Positions 26,368 through 38,795 of a DNA stretch of 64,000 nt are shown here, one piece after another (position 1 is the first letter of the stretch; each line of letters begins with the position of its first letter). The notes under the pieces are model-generated. The model did no database searches. It was given only the letters and a program-made list of their open reading frames with translations, and was not told the origin of the DNA. A program made the position numbers and the translations under genes. Source of the DNA: Chiloscyllium plagiosum (taxonomy: Eukaryota); NCBI RefSeq assembly GCF_004010195.1, contig NC_057719.1:62488862-62552861 (forward strand), in the 5' to 3' direction.

Positions 26368-26760
26368 GAAAACAAAACAGAAAATGTTGGAAATACCTGC
26401 AGGTCAAGTGTTTTCTGTGTTACGAGTAGCCAAGTTAATGTTCTTGGGTGATATCCTTTCATCAGAATAGCCTAAACTGTTAAAGTCGAGAGTGTGGCGC
26501 TGGAAAAGCACAGCAGGTCAGGCAGCATCCGAGGAGCAGGAGAATCGAGGTTTCGAGCATAAACCCCTCATCAGGCTCTTGTCCAAAACGTCTGTTCTCC
26601 TGCTCCTCGGATGTTGCCTGATCTGCTGTGCTTTTCCAGCACTACACTCTCCACTCTGATCTCCAACACCTGCAGTCCTCACCGTCTCCTAAAATGTTAA
26701 AGCTGTTTCTCTCTCCATAGATGCTGCCCGAGCTGATAAGTGTTTCTAGCATTTTGAGCT
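26368..26760. mobile_element. Old palindromic PLE-pLTR element containing a younger palindromic pLTR (26486-26687)
   Basis: The outer arms are inverted copies of the old pLTR and the inner arms are inverted copies of the young pLTR. cctaaa(c/a)tgttaaag is duplicated at 26471-26485 and 26688-26702. Confidence 0.8.
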
Positions 26761-27019
26761 TAGTTCAGATTTCCAAGTCTGTTGTATTTGGTCTTTTTAT
26801 GAGCATTGTTTTCATTGTCGGAAGAAGAGTTGTTGTTCAACATGTAAGAAGGTAGCATTGCTGCTTGCATGTGGTAACAGCATTTTAATTTGATGCCTCT
26901 TAAAATTTGGGGAGTAGAGTTTCTGTCTTTTAAGAATGGACAAAATTTGAGAGCCACTTGAAAGGCAGGCGCCTCAACTATTTCAGTCTGAAGGGCCAGA
27001 ATAACAATTTTCAGAGCAG

Positions 27020-27612
27020 TTCGAGAAATATACCTCTGAGGCTTTATAATGCTCTGGTCAGACCAGATTTGGAGTATTGTGAGCAATTTTGGGCCCTATA
27101 TCTCAGCAATTTTGGGCCCTATATCTTGGAGCGGGTCCAGAGGAGGTTCACGCGAATGATCCCAGGAATGAAAGGCTCAACATATGAGGAATGTTTGAGG
27201 ACTTTGGGTCTATACTCGATAGAGTTTAGAAGGATCGGGGTGGGGGGAAGGATTATTGAAACTTACAGAATACTGAATGGCCTGGACAGAGTGGAGGCAA
27301 AGCAGAATGTTTCCATTTGTAGGCGATACTAAGATCCGAGGGCACAGCCTTAGAGTGAAGGGAAGACTTGTTAAAATGGAGATGAGGAGAAAATTCTTTT
27401 GCCAGAGAGTGGTGAATCTTTGGGATCCATTGCCACAGGAGGCCGTGGAGGCCGGGCCATTGAGTATATTTAAGACGGAGATAGATAGGTTCTTGATTGT
27501 GAAAGGGATCAAGCAGGAGAATGGAGTTGAGAAACTGATCAGCCATGATTGAATGGTGGATTGAATTGATGGACCGAATGGCCTAACTTCTACTCCTATC
27601 TCCCATGGTCTT
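27020..27612 (+). mobile_element. CR1 LINE 3' end
   Basis: LRLYNALVRPDLEYCEQFW..LERVQRRFTRMIPGMKG and a CR1 3' UTR. Confidence 0.9.
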
Positions 27613-28888
27613 AGAGGGCAATTCGTGAAATATTGACAAAGTTCTTTTATTTTCCTGCAGCCACCTTGCGCATTGGAAGTTTGATGAGGTGCAGAACAAG
27701 ATAACGTATTCCCCTTTTGTGATTCGTCTAGCTATGTACAGTAAATCATGTTTTTCAATTGATGTATTTCTGACTGCTGACAGTTAGTGGTGTTTGGGCT
27801 ACTGGCTTGAGGATACCAAGCTCTCTTTGAACAAGACGAGGTTGACCATGGTGGGCTAAAGGGCCCGTTCCTGTGCTGTACCACTCTTTGAGATGAACGA
27901 GAGTCAGAAGGTGCTAGTGAGTTTCATCGCTGGCACACTCATGCTGGAGCAAGTGCATTGGCTACATTGGAAGCAGTGAACCTGGTCTGGTATCTTTAAG
28001 CTCAATATCGGAGGCTGTTTGCAACTGTTCAGACTGAAGAGTGTGGCGCGGTGATTTCTGTGCTAACCGAGTAAGGCATTGCTGCAAACACAGGAGCCCA
28101 GAAACACAACTCTTAACTGAGTGTAGAGACAAGACTATCAGGAAACATGAAGAATTGTGCAGTCTGTTTGGCCCCAATGCCGGGTGAAGGAGAACAAATG
28201 TCACAGAACAGAAACAGTGGCAAAGAAAAATGACTAAAAATATCTTTTGAGGAGCAAACTTTCATTCATCAAAATTATTGTAGTCTGCTGCCAAATTGCA
28301 CTGTCTGTGGCCAAGGAGCACTGCCTGCCTTAGTGGTTACAGCCAAAAGCTCTCTGGAACCAAGGAACCCTGTGAAATGTGCTACATGATTAATGAGCAA
28401 ACCAGGATCAAGGTCAAAACAAACTTAATATCACATCCCGCATCCCTCCAAATGTCTGGTGTTTCGAAAGAGCATAGGATTGAATTCGGTCTCTGTTTTT
28501 GATTGTTCATACTCCATTTTTGTTTTATTAAAGCCGTGCTTCAGGAAACTACATGAATAAGTCAGCTTTCAATATCGGGGCAATGTGATTGAAAAGCCAT
28601 TTAGTGTCTTAAGTGAAAGTTCTCTTAGGCTACAGTGTCCAATGCCAACTACTTGTCACTTGCTCAAGAGAAATAGTTTGTCTTGTAAAGCAGACTTTCT
28701 TTTTCTTCCTGTCATATTTTGAAAGGTCGCAATTCCTCTGCCTTCCACTTTGGTTACCTCGCTCAGCAACTATTGAGAAATGAGTGGGGGTAATAAGTAT
28801 TTGATAACTTCATTAGATTCCATTTGTCTTCATCTTACATAAACATAGATACACATACCCAGCAGCATTAATCATAAAGCAATTTGAA

Positions 28889-29728
28889 TGTTATGCAATG
28901 AAGTGTATGTGAATCTGTGTCATAACCTTGATTTTCAAGTTTGGATTTCAAACTGATAGAAAATGGGTGTTTGTCTATTTTTGTGAAGTAGTTTAATAAT
29001 TAAATCGGTCAGTCTTTCTGGGATCGTAATTTTAAACCTATGGCTGTGCCTCCTAGATTATTAATGGTAGTCTATTTATATTGTAGAGTCTTGCAGTAGA
29101 AGAAGCAAACCATTGAAAAGCATTACCTTGTTTTAGTATAATCAAGAATTGATTCGAGATCGGCAAACCCAGAGATGGTTTTATTTTTGAGCAAGTTGGA
29201 AGGAGACCTGATTGAAATCAGATCAGGTACAGTTTTTCTGTCAGAACAAGATGGTTCAGAACAGTTAAGGGTAACAAGTTATGTCCGTGAAATAGTTTAG
29301 CCTGTGAAACTTGTAGAATAGAAGTGTTTGTTTATAAATCTGTATTGATTGTTTAAAAATGTAAGTCTTAAGATGTCAGTTGTGAGTGGTCAAAAGCCTC
29401 CAACCTTACTGGATTGGAACTGATGTTCTGCCATTAAGTCAAACCTACAGATGGTAAGTAAGTGACAGTGTTGGGGAATAGATGGCGTTTTGTTTTGCTA
29501 TGTGTTTAAAATCTTTCAAACTGTTACATTCATGTTGCTTTGGTCTGTGCACTTTAAAAATTTCTTTGGAGCTTTAAACTTCTGTTTCATTGCTGAAACC
29601 ATTCTGTTGCCTTGTGTACCAAAGTATGAGTGAAAAGCCAATACGTTGGGGGGAAAAAAAATCTATCAAGCCAGGTTTAATTCTAATGTCTGACTTATCC
29701 AGGTGTAATATCAGCTGGGATCGTAACA
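28889..29728 (+). mobile_element. Probable solo LTR
   Basis: Begins tgttatg and ends cgtaaca (TG..CA with a 7 bp terminal inverted repeat); no ORF; no TSD found. Confidence 0.45.
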
Positions 29729-30529
29729 GTTTAGTTCAGTTTTAAATGAGGTGATGTCTTTCTGGGGACAACTTTAGATTTGTTCCACTTGATGAAATGC
29801 ATGCCTGAATGGGACAAGGGGAGTATTTTTACAGTGCCTTTTGAATTCAGTCAGTTTTACAGATACTTCTAATGATCATTTCCAGCATAAAATTAGAGGG
29901 AAATTACCATTTGTGGTTAACTTATGCATTCATCACCGATTTCAGTCATGCTCACAATGAAAATATACTGTGTATAATTGCAAACTTACAATTAACTTCA
30001 ATTCATACCTTTTTTTAGAGGCAATGCCCTCTTGGTTAAAGTGCTGTTGTCGTGCAGTAATTTTCTGTGGGTAAATATTGAAAAGAGATATCTGTAAATT
30101 ACAATGGAAATGCAAATGTATTGAGGTACACACCTCAACAGGACTGACCCCATCCATTCAGTATGAAGTCTGGTCTCTCTCTCTCTCCTTTTTGTAGTAA
30201 AATAGTCTCAGAAAAAAACTCTTAATCCAGCCCCAAATGTAATCTAAAATGCCTTCTAACCAGAAGCACCGATCCTAATATTCAATTATGTTTCTATTGC
30301 CAAAAGTATCAACTATAAAGGAAATTGTCTAATTGAGATGTGCTGAGACTAGCTATGTGGACCAGGCTCTTGGTGTGTTTGCTTTTAAATTATTTCATGA
30401 AATCTAGCCACTGCAGGCAATCGTCAGTATTTTTTTTTTCATTCTTAAGTAAAGGTAAAGCCCTTGAACCGAATGGTCTTTCAAGAAACAGTTATGAGTC
30501 AATCATATTCATATGGGTCTAGAGTGTCA

Positions 30530-30760
30530 TATTGAGGTAAGGGTGACTGATTTCCTTACCTAAAGGACATTACTTACCCTGTTTTGTTTTTAACAATGAT
30601 TAGCAATAATTATCATGGTGATCATAACTGAGATTAGTATTATGTTTCAGATTTACCAAAAAAATACATTCCGGCAACTGTCATGGTTGGGATTGGAACC
30701 CATGTCCCCAGAGCATTAGCGGAGGCCTTGGATTACTCATTCAACGCCAATAACACCATC
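30530..30760 (-). mobile_element. Old tRNA-derived SINE
   Basis: Reverse complement has ctaatgctctggggacatgggttccaatccc (B-box-like head). Confidence 0.5.
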
Positions 30761-30959
30761 GCATGATCTTACCCAAGATTGCTTACAGACTAGTCTCCTG
30801 GGCCTGCTTTGTCTCATGGCACAGGCAGCAGGATCTCAAGTGAGATTATGAAGCTGAAATCCTTTGAATCAACCTTCCCCTCTATTTCCAATGAGCTCGC
30901 TTAACTGAAGAACAAAGTGTTCCCCCAGAAACTTGTGCTTGCCCATATCCACAAGTCTT

Positions 30960-31170
30960 TGCGGCAGAAAAATACTCTGCTTAATCCCCAAGCAGTCAAA
31001 GTCCGATTTGCATATAGAAGATTACAGTGCAGTACAGGCTCTTCGGCACTCAATGTTGTGTCGACCTGTGAAACCAATCTGAAGTCCACCTAACCTCCAT
31101 TATTCCATTTTCATCCGTATGTTTATCCACTGACCATTTAAATGCGCTTAAAGTTGGCGAGTCTACTACT
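30960..31170 (-). mobile_element. Short CR1 3' end
   Basis: Reverse of the CR1 3' UTR (ggtttcacaggtcgacacaacattgag..cctgtactgcactgtaa), similar to 56500-56625. Confidence 0.75.
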
Positions 31171-33200
31171 GAAATCTAATCATTTTTATTCTGGACCATA
31201 TTGTCCAGAATAAATGATTACAATGGAAATACAAATGTATTGAGACACACACCTCAACACGACTGACCCCATGCATCCATTCACTATGAAGTCTAGTCAC
31301 TCTCCTTTTTCTAGTAAAATAGCCTCAGAAAAAAACTCGTAGTCCAGCCCCGAATGTAATCTAAAATGCCTTCTAACCAGAAGCACCGATCCTATATGTA
31401 GTTATTGGCTACTTTTCATGAAGATTAAGTCAGTGATGGAGAATGGGCCCTCTTGTCGCTGGTTGGTGTAGGTGAGACCATTTTGATTTGGAGGAGCAGC
31501 CTGTTTGAATCGGGATGAATTGGCTGCAGTATGTGTGGGAACAAGGAATGTGCTGGGTGATCAACTATTGAGGTGGACAGTATGCAACATATTTGGAAGT
31601 AGTTGGTGTTCTGTTCATTGAATGCAAAAATGTTTACAATGGATGTTTCCTGTGCTTGGTTGGTATAGCCTGGGTCTGGATTGAGAGAAAAAAGTAAGCA
31701 AAACTGTAAAGAGATCTGAAACCCTGAGTTAGAAGTAGCACAGGCATTTTGTGATTGGACAGAAAGTTTAAATAAAATTCCTACAAACAAACACATGGGA
31801 GTTATCTCCACCTAGATCTGGGATTTAACATATGCAACAAGGATGTTGTGCTGAAGGGTGGTGTGGGGGTTTATGGAAAGTTGAATAGCTGCAGGTGTTA
31901 ATGTGCTTGAAGTTGAGTAACTAACAGATTTTTAAAGAACATATTCGCTGGATGGTACAAAGGAAACCATGGGACCAAAGGTCAGTGGGGAAGAGAGTCA
32001 TAAAATGAGGGAGTAAAATAAATGCCAGAGAGTACATTCTAAAACAAAACTGGGGAATGGAGTTCTTTCTTAATAAGAAGTCATTGGAAGGAAAATCGAA
32101 GTAAGGTACCCAAGTGGGGCTAACTAAAAAAACATGAAGGTAAAATAAAATGCACTGCAGTGGTCCTATAAAAGCTCATGGAAAATAACACAGGTCCCAT
32201 TAAAGCAAAGAGAGTTCAAAAAACCTATTAAAACATGCACTCGCTGCTGCAAGTGCTGAATTCAAACTTTCCATGATTGGCTACACTAAAATACACTCAC
32301 TTGAGTACAGCACCTAGAAAAAGGTGTAATTCACGCATGACAAATCTGTTCGGAAGGCTTCCATTATAAACATAGATGTGTCGCAGAAAATACATCTTGA
32401 AGGTGGAGTAAAGAAAGTTGGGGGGGCGGGCAGGCGGGTGGGGGAGGGGGTGGGGGGGTGGGGTCAGATCTGCCTACTTTCCTGCACGGTCTCCAGTGTT
32501 CAAGGCCATTGACTTCGATATTGTGTGCTGTAAGGGGGAGGGTGGTCAGATACCATTTGCTTTGCTCCACTGACCAAGCAGAATTTCGACAACAAAGAAT
32601 CTTTAAAGATGGAAGTTGACAGGAAGAGTTCATAGGTGTAAAACGTATGACAAACATTACAATTGTAAGATGCATTCGAGAACACAGCAGCAACAACCCT
32701 GGACTGGGAAAAGAGACATTGTGTATGTGTATGTCCTTCTTTGACCTGATCCTACTAATCACTACCACCTCTTATGTCAGGGAAGTTGTATCACTCCATA
32801 TGAAGGAAGGAGAAAGGAATAAAGTGTTGTTGGATGATCACTGTAGCTGCTTCCTGGTTATCTGAATAGGTAACATTGTCATTGGGATGTGTTTATGGCT
32901 CAGAATATTCTTTAGCAGAATGTTAGAAAAGTGCTAATATTATTTGATGATCACCGGAAGAGAATATTTTAGTCCACATTTTCAAGAGTATTTCAAGCCC
33001 GTTGCCTCTGAACATTCAGAAACTGCCATCAATGAAAACTGCCCATTGAGATGTGATGGGTTTTTTTACTGTAGACTCCATACTTGCAGTTCTTCACATA
33101 GTGGGTGAAGTCAGCTTCCTTGTGCCTTTTGTGTAGTGAGCAACAGGCAACAGTGTCTGTTGTCACAGTGGTCACAAATTTAACCTGAAATCCTCAACAA

Positions 33201-33552
33201 GGGTGGGACAGTGGCTCAGTGGTGAGCATTGCTGCCTCACAGCGCCAGGGACCCGGGTTCAATTCCAGCGGCAAGTACCTGTCTGTGTGGAGTTTGCACA
33301 TTCTCCCTGTGTCTGCATGAGTTTCCTCCAGGTGTTCCAGTTTCCTGCTTCAATCCAAAGATGCACAGGTTAGATGGATTGTCCATGCTAAATTGTTCAT
33401 AGTGTCCAGGGATGTGTAGATTAGGTAGGTTAGCCATGAGAAATACAGGGTTATAGGGTAGAGGGGTTGGGAATAAGTGGGATGCTCTTTGGAGGGTCAG
33501 TGTGGATTCACTGGGCCAAATGGCCTGCTTTCACTCTGTAAGGGTGCTATGA
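33201..33552 (+). mobile_element. HE1/V-SINE
   Basis: A box gtggctcagtgg, B box gggttcaattcc, V-domain and CR1-type tail. Confidence 0.92.
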
Positions 33553-34557
33553 AAATGAATCACTTCTATGAAAATAAATATTGTCTCCCACTGAGCCGAC
33601 TGTGATGAAAAATGTTCTTTGTGCCATTGTGTGAGATGTGATCATCTTGTGTTGTTTCTTCACAGTGAATTAATCACTTCAAAAAGGAATTGATGGCTGC
33701 AATATTGAAGTGAAAACTTTACATTTCTTCTTTTGGATACCAGAGGTGTATTTCAGTTGAAATTATGTCTTTGGATCTCATACATGTAATGATCCCTGGG
33801 ACTAAAGGGGCATTGGAGGAGAGCAGCTCTGTGTTTCATGCATTGTGATAAATGATATTGTTTTACTTAATTATCAGTTAAATTGTTGTGTCAAGACCTG
33901 TTTTTCAATGAGATTCCCAGAACCCAAGGATTCATTGAGTATCCCTACAGGATTCTACACAATTTTCATAGCATTGAAAAATTTGCATCAAATCTTTCAA
34001 GATATGATGTTGCATTTAATGGAAAATAATTCAGTAGTGTTTTGCTTGGCTTCCACAAACGTCGAAAGGAGGGAGATATGGTCTTTGGATATCACAGAAT
34101 TTCATGGTCGAGGATAAGGTTTCTTAACAAAACGTTTGAAAACCGCTAGCCAGGGTTTATATGGTTATACATTTACACAGGTTCCACTCCAGCACGCACA
34201 CCTTCTGCATGTACACATGCATAGGTTTGGCATATCTATGTACACAAGTTATGCGAACACCACAAAATAATGTCTGTCAACTGGCAGTATGGCTCATGCC
34301 AAGCCCAAAGGCAAGCTTATTACCATTTATTTGTGTCTCATGCATGCCCATATTATACAGGACACTCACACACACCACCTACAACTTAACAAACAGGAGT
34401 TTGCCATACTGACTACCTCAGGGAGATTGTCTTTGGATATGCCTTACTCAGGTACAGAATATCAAAAAACTGCAAATGTTGCATAAGGTGACACGTAAGC
34501 AGACCTAAATCAGATGAAAGGCGGAAACTGGAAAAACTTGAATTGAAAATCTTGGAA

Positions 34558-36200
34558 CAAGGTCATGATTGGAAGTGGTCAGATACAGCCCTCATAGAAT
34601 TTGGAAGACCAACATTTCAAATGTGAAATGAATGAGAAAAGCATTTTGCCAGTCTCAGTTCACAAATACACCATGTCATGAGTCACAAATTGAATATTAG
34701 TGGTCGGTTCACCCAGCAAATAAGGTGATTAACTTGACGTCACGTCACTGCTCCTTCAGCCTGTTAAATAAAGACAGGAACTGATGTGTTTTCCAAATGA
34801 TGTAATATGTTAGGGACGAGGATGGTGTGGGCCAGTGGTAGATATTCTCAGTGACTGCCTGCAAAAAGGCAGAGAGTGTCATTTTTGACTGTGATCAACA
34901 GTAGTGGTACTTGGCAGGGTATTTGTTGACCTGACTTTTACTTCATATCTCTCCTACAATTAAACACTTCATTGAAACTACTTTTAAAATTCACTCTCTT
35001 TTAATAACATTCCTTGCCAAGTCGCATTTGTTTCTGCAGTATGTTGTCAGAAATCCCAAATTGGAGAGTGTGTGTGTGAGAGAGAGAGAGTGTGTGAGAT
35101 CTCCTGGTTAAATCACTTTGCTTCTGCACATCATCTTGTTGTCTCACCCAATAGAGACAGGTTACGCTATTTTTCTAACTGCATCCATTGTTATAATCCT
35201 TTAGAACATAATGAGGTCCATTGCAGACCAAGTAAAAGTAAAAAATACACTTTTAAAAAAAGCTCATTAAATGGTTTTGGGTTGCCTCCATTAATTTTGT
35301 CTTACTCTGTGAAATGCGAGGCTAATAATTTATTTTGTGGTTGTCTACATATTCCTATCCTAAAGAGACATCATCCTAGAAAGAATAGACTGCTACACAG
35401 ATAATGGTAGTAAATCCCAGAAGTATTACACCGCAGTTAAAGAGACCATTCAGCGCATCATGCCTGCATTAGCTCTCCAAATGAGCATCATTACTTAGTG
35501 CCATTCTCCTGCATTTTCTTCATATCCTTGCACTTTTTTTCCCTTTTAAATAATCATCAGATACCCTCAATTGAAGCCACCTCCCACCACACTTCCTGGC
35601 AGGGCAGTCTGGACCTGAACCAATTGCTGAGAGAGTTGTGTTTGCAAATGCTGTAGTGTTAATTATATTTCAAGCACATTAAAAGGACACCAGTTTGACA
35701 ATGAAGAGACGCTTGAAAAGCATATGATGAGGAAGATTGTAGTTGACCCATCAGTGCTGCCAAGTCGGTTACATGCTTTCCCCAGCCGATTAGCTTCCAT
35801 ACATTGTTTCCTTGGAAGTCCACAGCAGCCCACCTGCATGTGAAATTAATCCCAAACAGATGTAAAATAATATCTATGAAGCTAACTAATGAGAGATCAC
35901 AACAGCTACTGGGTGGAGGGATTATTTTCCAACATATGACCATACTTTGGAAAACACACCAGTTCCTGTTACTTAATACTGCATTGTCTTTGTTTAACAG
36001 GCTGAAGGAGCAGTGATGTGACGTCGGGTTAATCACCTCATTGGCTAGGCAAGCCGACCTCCTATTCAATTGTGGTTCATTACATGGTGTGTTTGTGAGC
36101 TGAAACCAGCAAAATGCTTGTCTCGTTCATTTCACATTTGAAATGTTGGTCTTCCAAATTCCATGAGGGCAGTACCTAATCACTTCCAATCATGATCTTG
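34558..36200. repeat. Long inverted repeat (arms ~34558-34811 and ~35931-36200)
   Basis: For example ttggaagaccaacatttcaaatgtgaaatgaa / ttcatttcacatttgaaatgttggtcttccaa and tcactgctccttcagcctgttaaa / tttaacaggctgaaggagcagtga. Confidence 0.92.
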
Positions 36201-37009
36201 CCTTTCTGCATGTGAAAATCAGGCCCTGTTGTCTCTGCAATAGTAAACTAAGAAGCAAAATATTCTCTGCACTGGCGAATATCCACAAAATACTGAATCT
36301 GTAGATGCTGTCCACCTCGTCATTACACCTAGTTTTAAATGATTACTGCAGAGAGTGTCACATGTCTTAAGCTTTTGGAGATTCATGTTTCTTTTTATTA
36401 TTTCTGAAATACCCTTTAAAAAGGGTAAAATATAAAGGATAGAAATTTAAGAACCAGCTTCCATTAATTTTTGTGCTCGGTGGAACCCAGGTTTTGCTGT
36501 CTTTCAGAAGATCTTACGTTTAGCTTAAAAAGTCACTGAACTTTGAGACTTGAGTTATTTTTCTCTTTTGAGATCGATTTGCATGTACTGAAGGTCAATA
36601 GACTGATATTCTGCTCTGTTTGCAGGTTCCATTGCTTTTCGATTGTTCAGATAATCAGATTCTATTTTCCTAAAAGATTGCATAGGACAAATAAAATAGT
36701 TATTTGCATTCAGTTCAATAGTTTCTAAGAAAATTTGAAAATAGAAGTCGAGGATTTCTCCCTATCAATGGATTACTTGAAGTTTTTATTTTCCATGGAA
36801 ACAGTACAATTGAATAATAATGTATTTCAGATGTTTGCAATGAGTTATGATGTTTGGAGAGAACATAATGGATTGAGGGCTGGTTAGAAATATTGATGAT
36901 ATTTGTAACCTTCCTGTGTGGTGCATTTTTTCAATCGTATGGACAATTAGTTTGTAATCTTCAGCAACAAGTATTTTTAAACAAGCTATTCAGATGAGTT
37001 TTTTTCTTG

Positions 37010-37070
37010 GCATTTGAATCTGGACCTTCTGGCCCAGAGGTAGGGACGTTACCACTACTTCACAAGAGCC
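37010..37070 (-). mobile_element. Head of the short tRNA-derived SINE
   Basis: Reverse complement ggctcttgtgaagtagtggtaacgtccctacctctgggccag matches the copy at 38681. Confidence 0.6.
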
Positions 37071-37076
37071 TTTAAA

Positions 37077-37148
37077 CAGCCGAGGTTAGATTTGATCCAC
37101 AGACCTCCGAGCTATGAGGCCAGCACCCTTCCACTGGGCCACTCTGCT
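37077..37148 (-). pseudogene. Initiator tRNA-Met(CAT) pseudogene
   Basis: Reverse complement AGCAGAGTGGCCCAGTGGAAGGGTGCTGGCCTCATAGCTCGGAGGTCTGTGGATCAAATCTAACCTCGGCTG aligns without gaps to the vertebrate tRNA-iMet recalled from memory (56/72 by hand). The CAT anticodon is kept but stems are broken. Confidence 0.8.
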
Positions 37149-38680
37149 CCAATCCCCAGCTAAGACTGGTGGTTGCCAAAGGCCAGTGCACTTCCTCTTT
37201 GTGTCAGAAGTTTCTTCTTTTCCTCAGACAGGCACCTGTGGTTTCTGCTGCTGCCGAAACTGAGATTTGGGTTTGATCAAGTTTGTGGTGGGGGTGGGAG
37301 AAGGCGGAAGCGGGAAGCGAAAGACAGAAAGAGCCATAGTTGCACTTCCTGACGTGTTCTTTTTATACTTTGCCACTCTATGTCTTGGTCTCTCAGTATT
37401 TCGCCTCACTGCCATGGCATTCTGCGAGATGAGTGCCTTGGCACACTTTTCCCCGAAAACTCACCTGTTGCTCAATCTCTGGTTCTCTAACTAACCCTTA
37501 CTGTCCCGACTAATGATAAAGTTATTGTTGTAGCCAGAGAGTTGCAGGGAACCTTTTTGCTTAAGCAAACCTCTCCAGGGTCTCAGCGTTCCATCTCTGT
37601 GCTCAGTAGGCCATGCTGTGACAAAATCAGCCATTTTGCGAGACTAGTGTGGGGATGCATATGTAAACACTTCATCTGTAGAGACAGCTTTTCAATGATT
37701 TGTCTGGCACATTGCTACTAGTTTCAAAGTTTTCTTTTATTAAACATGGCCTTCAACTGAAAGAGAAAGCCTTACTTCTGGTTTCTGGAAGTTGGGCTGT
37801 GATCTCAAGTTTGTAGGGGAATGGAAACAAGTTGGTGGCAGACAAAGACCGTGCCATGAAGTGAACGGATAGTGTTACAGTTAGAAAAGATGGCCCAGGG
37901 GGTTGAGTCCGAGAATATGGCTGAAATGGTGGTCTGGGAAAAACTGCTTTGAGAAATATGGAATTGTGGCCGTCAGGTGGAGTAAAGCTGCTGCTAGGTG
38001 GAAATTGGAGCCTAAATCCTCTGTGAAGGAAATTTGGCCTGAGGAAGACAATTGTGAAGGACTTCACGGCTAAATTTATTCCTTAGTGTATTAAATAGAG
38101 AGATCTGAGAGGTCCATCTTTTGTGTGTAATTTAAGGTTGCCTACAATTTGCCTGTTAATTCATGGTTCATCGATGTTGGTTTTGATTCAATATTTCAAG
38201 TAAAATTACAAAAAGAGAACACATCCATTTTTGTACCTTGATTGTTCAGTAAATTCAGTTTTTTAGTTTGTTGATCTCCATTCATAATTACTGTGAAAGT
38301 TACTGTGTGTGATAGTTGAATTGTTCATTAATCTGTGATCTACCTGTCATATCTAACAATGCCAATGTAACTGATTATGTTAGTTATGCTGGTTGAATAT
38401 TAGAATTAGCACTGGGCTACATGAATATATCCCACACCTTTATCGCACATAATACGGCCATTTAGATGATGCAAAGTTAGTCTTGCCCACAGGCCAATTA
38501 ACTATGGCATTCACTGAGTTCTCAAATTTACCTGCCTGAGGCTTAAAATGCCTTATTACATATCGACTTAAAATTGCTCCTGATCTCTTTCCAATTTTTT
38601 GTGCAATATGGCAGGGAATATCAATGTAATTGAAAGCAATTAAGCTAATGCTCATTAACAACAACTTACATAGAACCATT

Positions 38681-38795
38681 GGGCTCTGTGATACCGTAGT
38701 AGTGTCCCTACCTCTGGACCAAGAGGCCTGATTTTATGTCCCACTTACTCCACAGTTGTGTGATAACACCACTGAACACGTTGATTAGAATCTAT
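38681..38795 (+). mobile_element. Short tRNA-derived SINE
   Basis: gggctctgtg..gtagtgtccctacctctgg..ctgaacacgttgattag; same family as 9278 and 37010. Confidence 0.6.

Larger units (their letters stand above)
30098..31394 (+). repeat. Direct repeat of ~180 bp (30098-30277 and 31217-31394)
   Basis: Both copies run attacaatggaaat...tgccttctaaccagaagcaccgatccta with scattered substitutions and small indels. Confidence 0.95.
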
